This document shows, one piece after another, positions 56,204 to 64,000 of a DNA stretch of 64,000 nt (its first letter is position 1; the number at the start of each line of letters is the position of its first letter). The notes under the pieces are model-generated. The model did not search any database and was not told where the DNA came from. It was given only the letters and a program-made list of their open reading frames with translations. Location: contig CAMUFJ010000007.1 of NCBI GenBank assembly GCA_947088135.1, positions 2,870 to 66,869 on the forward strand. The letters are read 5' to 3'. Position numbers and translations under genes: made by a program. The DNA comes from an uncultured Clostridia bacterium (lineage in GTDB: Bacteria; Bacillota; Clostridia; Christensenellales; Borkfalkiaceae).

Positions 56204-57232
56204 TTAAATACAGCTTTTTATGAGCTCCAAAATAGCGGGCGTCCCGTTTGAAACGTCGGCGTCCTTCAAGGCGGAAGCAAGATCGGCGTTTTTGATCGTT
56301 CGGCTGAGCGTCGTGGGAAGTTCGCTTAAATTCTCTTCCCGCAAAACCGCGCAAAGCCCCCGTTTTTCAAAGTAAAGAGCGTTTTCAAGCTGATCGCCGC
56401 GCGAATTTTTTTCAAGCGGGACGAGTACGGCGGGCTTTTTTAACGCTAAAATTTCAAACACCGTGTTGCTGCCCGCGCGGGACAGCACGAGATCGGCGCA
56501 GGCATATGCGCTTCCCATGTCCGTTTCGAATTCCCGCTGAACGTAGCCTGCGGGCGGATTGTCGAGTAAATTTCCCTTTCCGCACAAATGCAAGATGCGG
56601 AATTTTTTCAACAGCGCGGGCAAGTTGTTGCGGATCGCGGAATTGATTGCAAGGCTTCCGCTCCCTCCCCCCAAAACCAACAGCACGGGAAGCCCTGCGG
56701 GCAGGCAAAACTTGCGCATGGCGCGGGATTTTTCCCCGTTTAAAATTTCCCGCCGAATGGGAGAACCCACACATTTGCCGTTTTTAAAGAGTTCGGCGGT
56801 TTCGGGGAAGGAGGTGAGCACGTATTTGCATTTTTTCGCGATCAGCTTGGTACAAAGTCCGGGGGAAAGATCGCTTTCGTGCGTGAAAACGGGTATGCCG
56901 AGTTTTTGCGCCGCTTTTACTGCGGGATAGCTCGCGAACCCGCCCTTGGAAAAGACGAGGTCGGGTTTTTCCCGATTCAAAAGGGCAAGCGCTTCCCGCT
57001 TGGCTTGTTTGAGACGGTGGGGGATTTTTAGATTTTCGAGGGTAAAGGAGCGGACGAGCTTGGGGCAGTCCACCCGAAAAAAGGGATAACCTGCGTTCCC
57101 GATCAAGGTATGTTCTATTCCGCCCGTGCCCATGTAGGTAATGCGGTGTGTGTATTTGAGTTCGTTCATTACGGCGAGATTGGGCACGACGTGCCCTGCG
57201 CTTCCGCCGCCCGTAAAGAGAATGCGTTTCAT
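56204..57232 (-). CDS. murG: UDP-N-acetylglucosamine--N-acetylmuramyl-(pentapeptide) pyrophosphoryl-undecaprenol GlcNAc transferase
   Basis: MKRILFTGGGSAGHVVPNLAV is the N-terminal G-loop. LVLGGGSGS and a C-terminal GT28 pattern are present. 342 aa. Confidence 0.9.
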   Translation of the reverse strand: MKRILFTGGGSAGHVVPNLAVMNELKYTHRITYMGTGGIEHTLIGNAGYPFFRVDCPKLVRSFTLENLKIPHRLKQAKREALALLNREKPDLVFSKGGFASYPAVKAAQKLGIPVFTHESDLSPGLCTKLIAKKCKYVLTSFPETAELFKNGKCVGSPIRREILNGEKSRAMRKFCLPAGLPVLLVLGGGSGSLAINSAIRNNLPALLKKFRILHLCGKGNLLDNPPAGYVQREFETDMGSAYACADLVLSRAGSNTVFEILALKKPAVLVPLEKNSRGDQLENALYFEKRGLCAVLREENLSELPTTLSRTIKNADLASALKDADVSNGTPAILELIKSCI

Positions 57233-57327
57233 TACCTATTAGTATATTCCCCGCCCGCCGATTTATTTCCTTTTGGCGATTTTCATAAAAAAAGCACGGA
57301 AAAATTTTAAAATCCGCCTGATATCGC

Positions 57328-57356
57328 TTGACTTCGGCAAGGGATTTTACTATACT
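57328..57356 (+). promoter_or_regulatory. Sigma-A-type promoter of tRNA-Thr(GGT)
   Basis: TTGACT-17 nt-TATACT, 15 nt upstream of the tRNA 5' end. Confidence 0.65.
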
Positions 57357-57371
57357 AATTGAGTAACTTAT

Positions 57372-57447
57372 GCTGCTGTGGCTCAGCAGGTAGAGCACGT
57401 CCTTGGTAAGGACGAGGTCGGCGGTTCAAATCCGCTCAGCAGCTCCA
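57372..57447 (+). tRNA. tRNA-Thr (GGT), encoded CCA
   Basis: GCTGCTGTGGCTCAGCAGGTAGAGCACGTCCTTGGTAAGGACG...GGTTCAAATCC...CAGCAGCTCCA. The anticodon loop is TTGGTAA. Confidence 0.9.
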
Positions 57448-57450
57448 ATA

Positions 57451-57491
57451 ATAACGTAAGTTGAACCAAAATTCAGCTTGCGTTATTTTTT
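57451..57491 (+). terminator. Intrinsic terminator after tRNA-Thr
   Basis: ATAACGTAAGTTG-(10 nt)-CAGCTTGCGTTAT (two G-U pairs) followed by TTTTT. Confidence 0.7.
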
Positions 57492-57506
57492 ATATAAGAC
57501 CTGCTC

Positions 57507-57535
57507 TTGCGAAATTTGTTAGATTATGGTATAAT
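57507..57535 (+). promoter_or_regulatory. Promoter of the GHKL-helicase gene with an extended -10
   Basis: TTGCGA-17 nt (ending TGG)-TATAAT, about 30 nt upstream of the ATG at 57568. Confidence 0.6.
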
Positions 57536-57567
57536 GTGAAAAAATAATATTTTCGGAAGTACAAAGC

Positions 57568-60500
57568 ATGACAGAGCAAGAAAAAATCTATTTTGAAGCA
57601 TTAAAAAATGACCGCATAGATAGCGACAGAGTATTGCAAAAAAAATCTATGCGCGGCGTTAAAAATAGCGTGGTTGAAAAGTATTCAGACCAAGCACACT
57701 TTATATATGAGTTATTGCAAAATGCTGATGATGCTGGGGCGACAGAAGCTAAATTTGAATTGTATGGAAATAGACTTGTTTTTAAACATAACGGAAGTCG
57801 GCACTTTTCTGTATCTAACCCCGACACAGAAGAAGCTGATACCGAAAATGGCGTATTGGGAGATATCAACGCTATTACTTCCATTGCTAATTCTAATAAA
57901 ACGTCAGCTGAAATAGGAAAATTTGGTGTTGGTTTCAAATCGGTATTTCAATACACTACAACGCCAAAAATTTATGATCCGAATTTTCGTTTTTATATCG
58001 ATAGATTTATTGTACCTGTTCAAATTGAAGATGATTATGAAAAAAGATTACCTAATGAAACTATATTTATTTTTCCTTTTAATCACCCTCAAAAAACGGC
58101 TGAAATAGCGTATTGCGATATTGAAAAGAAGTTAAAAACATTAAAATACCCTATTTTATTTCTTTCAAACTTAAAATATGTTTCGCTCGAATTTTCCGAT
58201 ACTCTTGGGCTGTACGGTAAAAATATTGATGAGAATAAGAGTTTTAAAGAAAATGGTATTACGGCAGAACTAATAAAACTTACTCATAATATTGGAGATG
58301 ACTTAATAGACCAAAACCTTTGGTTATTTTCGCGTGAATATTTAATTTCAGAAAAACATTCCGCAAAATATTCAGTCGGTTATTTTATAGGAGATGACGG
58401 AAAACTTAAACCCGTAAACGAGCAAGCATTTTGTTTTTTCCCTACGAAAGAATTAACAAACTTAAATTTTATAGTCCATGCACCTTTTTTACTTACTGAC
58501 AGTCGTGAGGGCATAAAAGCAGGCGAACAACATAATAAAGATATGATTAAATTGCTTGCAGATTTAGCGGCAGACAGTTTACTATTGCTTAAAAAGATTG
58601 GTATTGATAGTAACAACCGTTTAATTGACGACAACATATTTAATATATTACCTTATGATGAAGATGAGTTTAACGACGAAGATGATAATGATAAAATATC
58701 ATTTAAACCGTTCTATATTGCTATTAAAAACAAATTTGAAGCCGAAGAGTTGCTACCCACTATTGACGGATATACAAGCACTGAGAACGCATATTGGGCT
58801 TCTGTAACGAGGTTAACAGAAGTATTTGGAAATAATCAATTAGCACAATTAAGTCATAATCCAGAAGCAAAATGGGTTTTTACGTCTTTGGGACGGGAGA
58901 ACACACAGAGGAAAAATGAAAACAGTCCTGTATCTTCTTTCATTGATGCCATAACAAAAATGTGGTTAGACGAAAATGCCTTATTAAAGGGGCGTTATAC
59001 AGGCAATTATCTTTATGGTGGGTTAAAAAGAATATTTGACGGATTAGATAAAAGTTTTATTGAAAATCAACCAATAGATTGGCTGTACGGATTTTACGCT
59101 TGGGTATCTGAAAGGACATCAAGAATAAATACTGTAAAAAATATGCCAATATTTTTAGATGAAGCTGGTAATGCGGTTGCAGTTTTTGACGGAAACGGGC
59201 AAGAAGTATTATTTTTACCGTCAACAGGGATAGACGGCTATAAAACAGTAAATCAAGAATTGCTAAATAACGAAGCTACTGTTACTCTCTTGAAGCAAAT
59301 TGGTATAAAAGAGCCGACTTTAAAAGATGAAATATACAACATTATTTTACCTTTATATAAAAACGGAACAGCGGCTGATTATGAAAGTCATTTTTTAAAA
59401 TTCTTTCAATATTATCAAGAGTGCCCTAATAATCAGTCGCAAAGCTTTATTGCTATGATAAAAGATCTATCTTTTATTAGCGGCAAATCAAATGACGGTA
59501 AAAATGAGGTTGGCATAGCACAAAATTTTTATATTCCAGATAATGATTTGTTTAAATATTTTTCTGCGAAGCCAACAACAAAATTTATTGATTTTAATAA
59601 ATATTTAACAATAGTTGGAGAAGAAAATAAAGAAAAATTAACTTGTTTTTTTAAAGTGTTGGGTGCAAAAACATTACCGCAAATTTTTGAAATTGAAATA
59701 TCACAGGAGGAGGCGGAAAAGTATCATAAAAAGAGTTGGAACAGGTCAACAAGATACCAAGAATGGATAAATAAAAAAATTGACGGGCTTCAAGAAGTTA
59801 TAAAAGAAATAGTTGATAAAAAAGATTTTACATTATCTGTTGCATTATGGAAAATTCTTTTACGATTTGCCGAAACTTATACTATATCGCAAAATAAACA
59901 TTTAATTGATATTTTAGAAGGTCATTATCGGTATTTTTTCCGTGAAAGATATTATACTCCTTTTGACACCACTGATATTGTTGATTTGAGAACACAAAAG
60001 TGGTTATTTAGTAAAGATAATATTTTTAGCGCTGCTAATGCAATATTTATTGAGGATCTATCAGATAGCTACTGTACAACAACTTATGGGGCAAAAGAGT
60101 TAATATCATTTTTATGTATTAACGACAAACCGTTAGTTATTGAACAAACCAACCAAGAAGAAAACATTACAGACGAAGAACGCAGATTACAAAAATTAAA
60201 AACTGCGGGATTTACTGACGAAGAAATAGATAGTTTAATAGAGAAAAAATTAAAAAAAGACAATACACCCGATGATAACGATGACGAAGATGACAGTGGC
60301 GAAAAAACAACTACCCCTGCGGTAGAAAAAGTTATTAAAAAAATCCGCAAAAAAATTAAAAAGCCTAACACTTCTGATTTGTCAGATGATGACGATAATG
60401 ACGAAGATGACTATACAAAGCCTACTATTGATTACAATAAAAAGATAGAGCAGGCGGAAGAAAAAAGTCGTATTGAAATTGAAAGAATAGCACATTTACA

Positions 60501-62370
60501 AGAATTACAGACAACCGCCGCCAATGCAGAAAAATATTCCTACTTATGGTTTAAAACTCTATTAGAAATGGAAGCTCTTGCTGACGGTGAGGATAACGGC
60601 AACAGTAGGGAAATTTCGATTTGCTTTGCAAAAGCCGAATTGGAAGCAGGCACAACACGAACGCTTATATTAAAACACCCCAATAGATATATTCCGCAAT
60701 TCATGGAAGATTTGGCGGATATACCTTTAACATTGCACTATGGCAACCAAACAAAAAAGGTAGCCATAGAGGTTTTGAATGTGCAGTCATATACCGTTAG
60801 AGCTAAATTAAAGTCTGGGGCAGAGATTGAAGATATAGATTTGTCGCTTGTAAATGAAGCAAGAATAGACGCCCAAAATCCTACATTTTTGCTTGAAGAA
60901 CTGATAAAAGGTTTTAATTCGTTAGGCTACGCTGATGATTTCAATTTAAAGTCAAATCTTACGGATAAAATCGATTTTATTTTTGGTCCCCCTGGCACAG
61001 GTAAAACTACTCATTTAGCCAATAAAGTTATTTTACCGTTAATGCAGGAAGATAAAAATTTAAAAGTTTTAGTTTTAACACCTACCAATAAGGCGGCAGA
61101 TGTCATCACTAAACGCATAATGGAATGCGATAAAAGCAAATCGTATTCCGAATGGCTAATAAGGTTTGGAACTTCAAATGATGACTTAATCGAACATAGC
61201 GGGATTTATAAGGATAAAACATTTGATATTAGAGTTTTACCAAAAAATGTTACGGTTACAACCATTGCAAGATTTCCCTATGATTTCTTTATGCCCAATG
61301 GTGAAAGATTACATTTGAGCGCGTTAAAATGGGATTATATCATTATTGACGAAGCCTCCATGATACCCATTGCAAATATAATTTTCCCGTTATACAAAAA
61401 AACACCTACAAAATTTATTATTACAGGCGATCCTTTCCAAATTCAGCCGATTACCCGTAGCGAAGCTTGGAAAGATGAAAATATATATACAATGGTAGAG
61501 TTAAACAATTTTACAAACCCCACGACTGTTCCGCACGATTATAAGGTAGAGCTTTTAACTACTCAATATAGAAGCGTGCCTACAATAGGCAATGTTTATA
61601 GTATTTTTGCTTACGGCGGCGTTTTACAACATAATCGTGCAGAAAGCAGTAAACGGAAATTGAATATTGACGAATTTATAAATGTATCTTCGTTGAATTT
61701 AATCAAGTTTCCCGTAAGTAAATATGAAAGCATTTATAAGCCTAAACGCTTACAGGGGAAAACGCCATATCAAATATATTCGGCATTATTTACTTTTGAA
61801 TATGTGAAATTCATAGCCGAAAAGCTTGTAATCAAAAATAAAGGCGAAATTTTCAGTATAGGCATTATTGCACCTTATAGAGCGCAAGCCGATTTAATTG
61901 ATAAACTGTTTGCTTCATACAAATGTCCGCAAGGTATAGATATTCAAGTTGGGACAATACACGGTTTTCAAGGCGACGAATGTGATATAGTGTTTGCTGT
62001 ATTTAATCCGCCCCCTAAAATATCGGCTTCAAAAGAAATGTTTTTGAATAAGAAAAATATCATAAATGTTTCTGTTAGCAGAGCAAGAGATTATTTGTTT
62101 ATAGTTATGCCTGATGACAATACTGAAAATATAGAAAATTTGAGTTTAATAAATAAGGTAGAATCCATTTGCATTGATAACGGCAGTCTTGGATACCTTT
62201 CCCCCGATATAGAAGAACTAATATTTAATGACAGCCACTACCTTGAAAACAACTCATTTGCGACAAGTCATCAAATAGTCAATGTTTATGGAAAGCCCGA
62301 ATTAAAATACGAAATTAGAAGTGAAGACACGGCAGTTGATATTCAAATTCACACTGACGAAGAAAACTAA
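57568..62370 (+). CDS. 1,600-aa fusion protein. It has an N-terminal sacsin/NO VEIN-type GHKL (Bergerat-fold) ATPase, a long helical/acidic linker, and a C-terminal SF1B Upf1/DNA2-like helicase.
   Basis: The GHKL N box is ELLQNADDA (nt 57709..57735), the G box is GKFGVGFKSVF (57916..57948), and HAPFLLTDSREGI follows. An Asp/Lys-rich linker lies near nt 60160..60400. The helicase motifs are GPPGTGKTT (60985..61011), IIIDEASM (DE at 61348..61353), GDPFQIQP, TTQYRS, GTIHGFQGDECD and NVSVSRARD. The gene is strikingly AT-rich relative to its flanks. Confidence 0.85.
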   Translation: MTEQEKIYFEALKNDRIDSDRVLQKKSMRGVKNSVVEKYSDQAHFIYELLQNADDAGATEAKFELYGNRLVFKHNGSRHFSVSNPDTEEADTENGVLGDINAITSIANSNKTSAEIGKFGVGFKSVFQYTTTPKIYDPNFRFYIDRFIVPVQIEDDYEKRLPNETIFIFPFNHPQKTAEIAYCDIEKKLKTLKYPILFLSNLKYVSLEFSDTLGLYGKNIDENKSFKENGITAELIKLTHNIGDDLIDQNLWLFSREYLISEKHSAKYSVGYFIGDDGKLKPVNEQAFCFFPTKELTNLNFIVHAPFLLTDSREGIKAGEQHNKDMIKLLADLAADSLLLLKKIGIDSNNRLIDDNIFNILPYDEDEFNDEDDNDKISFKPFYIAIKNKFEAEELLPTIDGYTSTENAYWASVTRLTEVFGNNQLAQLSHNPEAKWVFTSLGRENTQRKNENSPVSSFIDAITKMWLDENALLKGRYTGNYLYGGLKRIFDGLDKSFIENQPIDWLYGFYAWVSERTSRINTVKNMPIFLDEAGNAVAVFDGNGQEVLFLPSTGIDGYKTVNQELLNNEATVTLLKQIGIKEPTLKDEIYNIILPLYKNGTAADYESHFLKFFQYYQECPNNQSQSFIAMIKDLSFISGKSNDGKNEVGIAQNFYIPDNDLFKYFSAKPTTKFIDFNKYLTIVGEENKEKLTCFFKVLGAKTLPQIFEIEISQEEAEKYHKKSWNRSTRYQEWINKKIDGLQEVIKEIVDKKDFTLSVALWKILLRFAETYTISQNKHLIDILEGHYRYFFRERYYTPFDTTDIVDLRTQKWLFSKDNIFSAANAIFIEDLSDSYCTTTYGAKELISFLCINDKPLVIEQTNQEENITDEERRLQKLKTAGFTDEEIDSLIEKKLKKDNTPDDNDDEDDSGEKTTTPAVEKVIKKIRKKIKKPNTSDLSDDDDNDEDDYTKPTIDYNKKIEQAEEKSRIEIERIAHLQELQTTAANAEKYSYLWFKTLLEMEALADGEDNGNSREISICFAKAELEAGTTRTLILKHPNRYIPQFMEDLADIPLTLHYGNQTKKVAIEVLNVQSYTVRAKLKSGAEIEDIDLSLVNEARIDAQNPTFLLEELIKGFNSLGYADDFNLKSNLTDKIDFIFGPPGTGKTTHLANKVILPLMQEDKNLKVLVLTPTNKAADVITKRIMECDKSKSYSEWLIRFGTSNDDLIEHSGIYKDKTFDIRVLPKNVTVTTIARFPYDFFMPNGERLHLSALKWDYIIIDEASMIPIANIIFPLYKKTPTKFIITGDPFQIQPITRSEAWKDENIYTMVELNNFTNPTTVPHDYKVELLTTQYRSVPTIGNVYSIFAYGGVLQHNRAESSKRKLNIDEFINVSSLNLIKFPVSKYESIYKPKRLQGKTPYQIYSALFTFEYVKFIAEKLVIKNKGEIFSIGIIAPYRAQADLIDKLFASYKCPQGIDIQVGTIHGFQGDECDIVFAVFNPPPKISASKEMFLNKKNIINVSVSRARDYLFIVMPDDNTENIENLSLINKVESICIDNGSLGYLSPDIEELIFNDSHYLENNSFATSHQIVNVYGKPELKYEIRSEDTAVDIQIHTDEEN

Positions 62371-62385
62371 AAATTGAATTTGGCA

Positions 62386-62448
62386 CTGTGGCGGGGGCTT
62401 GAATAAACGAGCGCGCCGCTTCGCGGCGCGTTCAAGCCCCCGCCACAG
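62386..62448. other. Compound hairpin with an 18-bp outer stem and an 8-bp inner GC stem
   Basis: CTGTGGCGGGGGCTTGAA...[CGCGCCGC-ttc-GCGGCGCG]TTCAAGCCCCCGCCACAG by direct reading. No T tract follows. Confidence 0.75.
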
Positions 62449-62503
62449 CGGAAACATAGGAACAAAAACAACTAAAAACAAAATACGCACGGCGAAACGA
62501 AAC

Positions 62504-62568
62504 GCCGCGCGGAAAAGGGCGTTCACCGCTAACCCGCTTGGCGAATCGCCCTTTTTAATCCGCGCGGC
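62504..62568. other. Second compound hairpin (9-bp plus 9-bp stems with a 4-nt bulge)
   Basis: GCCGCGCGG-AAAAGGGCG-(25-nt loop)-CGCCCTTTT-taat-CCGCGCGGC by direct reading. Confidence 0.65.
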
Positions 62569-62606
62569 TGTTCCTGCGTTTTCCCCGTGTTTATGTATTT
62601 TGTACA

Positions 62607-62652
62607 CTTTTAGTTCCCTTTTAGTTACCCTTTGGTTCACTTTGAGTTCCCC
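62607..62652 (+). repeat. Four tandem iteron-like 10-12-mers
   Basis: CTTTTAGTTCCC / TTTTAGTTACCC / TTTGGTTCAC / TTTGAGTTCCCC. Inverted, related copies (GGAACAAAAA, CAACTAAAAAC) lie at 62459..62480. Confidence 0.6.
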
Positions 62653-62721
62653 GCAAAAAGTTTTTGGAACATGTATAATGGGATTTGCTTATTAAGCAAA
62701 TCCGAACGGGAGGCGAAAACG

Positions 62722-62850
62722 GTGTCCGCGAAAGAATTTGAAGTCATAACGATTGAAGAACCTGATAATTTGTTATCGGAAAACGAAAGGCGCACGTTCT
62801 TTGAAACGCTGTTACAGCGAATTAAAGAATTAAAAGCACAAAAGAATTAA
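62722..62850 (+). CDS. Small 42-aa hypothetical protein (element gene)
   Basis: GTG at 62722 lies 8 nt after GGGAGG, in frame with track ORF 62632..62850. It is preceded by a TATAAT (62674..62679) and a 9-bp hairpin (62681..62703). Confidence 0.4.
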   Translation: MSAKEFEVITIEEPDNLLSENERRTFFETLLQRIKELKAQKN

Positions 62851-62957
62851 ATCGAAAAAAACAATTTAATAACCCAATCAAGGTAAGTAAAAGTTAAGAT
62901 AGTACCGCTCAACGGCAAGCCGAGATTTCCGCATAGGAACAGTGGTTGCGTTGAGAA

Positions 62958-63007
62958 AGAGCAGAGTACGAAACATTTGTATTGTTTTGTATTCTGCTCT
63001 TTTTTTA
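62958..63007 (+). terminator. Intrinsic terminator upstream of the second rep
   Basis: AGAGCAGAGTAC-(19 nt)-GTATTCTGCTCT followed by TTTTTTT. Confidence 0.6.
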
Positions 63008-63045
63008 TTTACCGCAAAAAAACAAATCAAAAGGAGAGATAAATC

Positions 63046-63936
63046 ATGCCCTATCAAAAAGCAAAAGTCTATCACGACGGCAGTCATTATATCGCAATGC
63101 CGCCCGAAAATTTCCCGCGCCGTAAACGGAGATATAAGCCGAAACCGAAAAAAGAAGAAACGCCCGACAGTCCGAAAGCCAAGTTTGAAACGGCATATAC
63201 GGAAAGTCAGAGCTTGCCCAAGCGCGAACGGAAAAAGTTTATTGCCGAAAAGTTGAAAGATACTTTCCACGATAAAGAAAAAACAGCCGCTTTTATTGAA
63301 AGCAATATCGAGCGAAAAAAGAATAACTCGGCAAAGCGGCGCGTTCGGCTCATGCGGAAAGTGTATCTGCAAAGTTGGAATTTCTTTGTAACTTTCACGT
63401 TCAGCGACGAATTACACACGGAAGAAACATTCAAAGAAAAGTTGCGGAATACGCTCAAACACATGGTAGCCCGTAAGGGTTGGAAGTATATCGGCGTATG
63501 GGAACGAAGTCCCGAAAAACAACGACTACACTTTCACGGAATATTCTATATTCCCGATAACGCTATGATAGGCGAGCTTGTGGAAGTGAAAGATTACAGC
63601 ACGAAACAACATAGAGTACAAACGACCTTTCAAAATACCCATTTTCAAAAGTATTTCGGCAGGAACGATTTCAAGGAATTATGCAGACAGGAAGATATTA
63701 TGCAATCCGTGCGTTATCTGCTCAAATACATAGAGAAAAGCAACGAGCGGCTTGTGTACGGCGGGAAATTGCCGACCTATTTCGTAAGCGACATTTTGGA
63801 CGACGATATTATTTGCCCCTACGGGGTGGACGGCAGGAAAGCGATACTATTTGATAACTTCACTTGCATAGACGAGGGTTGCATTGTCGGGCAGGCAAGC
63901 GAAGAAGTGATAAAACAAATGCCCAAATGCAACTAA
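63046..63936 (+). CDS. HUH-superfamily rolling-circle replication initiator (second, divergent copy)
   Basis: Motif I is FVTFTFSD, motif II is LHFHGIFYIP, and motif III is RYLLKYIEKS. AAAGGAGAG RBS. The architecture matches Rep at 6734..7681. Confidence 0.8.
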   Translation: MPYQKAKVYHDGSHYIAMPPENFPRRKRRYKPKPKKEETPDSPKAKFETAYTESQSLPKRERKKFIAEKLKDTFHDKEKTAAFIESNIERKKNNSAKRRVRLMRKVYLQSWNFFVTFTFSDELHTEETFKEKLRNTLKHMVARKGWKYIGVWERSPEKQRLHFHGIFYIPDNAMIGELVEVKDYSTKQHRVQTTFQNTHFQKYFGRNDFKELCRQEDIMQSVRYLLKYIEKSNERLVYGGKLPTYFVSDILDDDIICPYGVDGRKAILFDNFTCIDEGCIVGQASEEVIKQMPKCN

Positions 63937-64000
63937 CCTATTTGTCTTTCGACCGGCGGAGCGTAAACGGAAACGCACTTTCCCGCAAGGGTAAAATGCA

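Larger units (their letters stand above)
62380..64000 (+). mobile_element. Start of a second small rolling-circle-Rep element (origin-like region, small ORF, Rep), truncated by the window end. It may also include the upstream GHKL-helicase gene as cargo.
   Basis: Compound hairpins, iterons and an HUH Rep gene are present. The composition is intermediate between the AT-rich island and the backbone. Confidence 0.5.

Noticed and set aside
62302-62640. 112-aa minus-strand ORF, 98-aa plus-strand ORF 62399..62695, and 164-aa minus-strand ORF 62878..63372
   Set aside because: They run through the compound hairpins and iterons, or lie antisense to rep and its terminator. They are better explained as non-coding origin or regulatory DNA.
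57451-64000. Looked for a direct repeat of the tRNA-Thr 3' end (attR) that would delimit the island
   Set aside because: None was recognised by eye within the window. The island boundary may lie beyond 64000, so no att call is made.

Overview
The window reads as a chromosomal segment of a spore-forming Firmicute (Clostridia-like). That call is an inference from the spoIIAA-spoIIAB-sigF, yunB and pth-mfd-prsA-like synteny, and the backbone looks G+C-rich by eye. Three kinds of accessory DNA interrupt this core. (1) Positions 1-7.9 kb hold a small integrated element. It carries an HUH rolling-circle Rep, a Zot/pI-like P-loop NTPase, two membrane-anchored proteins and a SprT-like protease, and it abuts a five-gene tRNA operon (minus strand). 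(2) An operon of about 29 kb (11.5-40.4 kb) has one strong promoter and one strong terminator. It encodes a 7,132-aa secreted protein (11 tandem Pmp-like beta-helix modules, about 36 MBG-type stalk domains, and a C-terminal dockerin-like module). It also encodes a 763-aa cohesin-like/cadherin-like/dockerin-like adaptor and a 1,557-aa cohesin-like protein with about ten cadherin-like repeats and a membrane anchor, whose tail is Pro-rich and then Gly/Tyr-rich. Two tandem GH51-like arabinofuranosidase lipoproteins follow. (3) Downstream of tRNA-Thr(GGT) lies a sharply AT-rich single-gene island (57.5-62.4 kb). Its 1,600-aa protein fuses a sacsin/NO VEIN-type GHKL ATPase to an SF1B (Upf1/DNA2-like) helicase, and I cannot match it to any named defence system. 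A hairpin- and iteron-rich origin-like region and a second, divergent HUH Rep gene follow directly (element truncated by the window end). Core genes are degV, malic enzyme, prs, pth, mfd, a parvulin-type foldase lipoprotein, uppP, a small CDS missing from the ORF track, yunB and murG. I saw no rRNA, CRISPR array, integrase or transposase. Many long antisense ORFs in the track are compositional artefacts.
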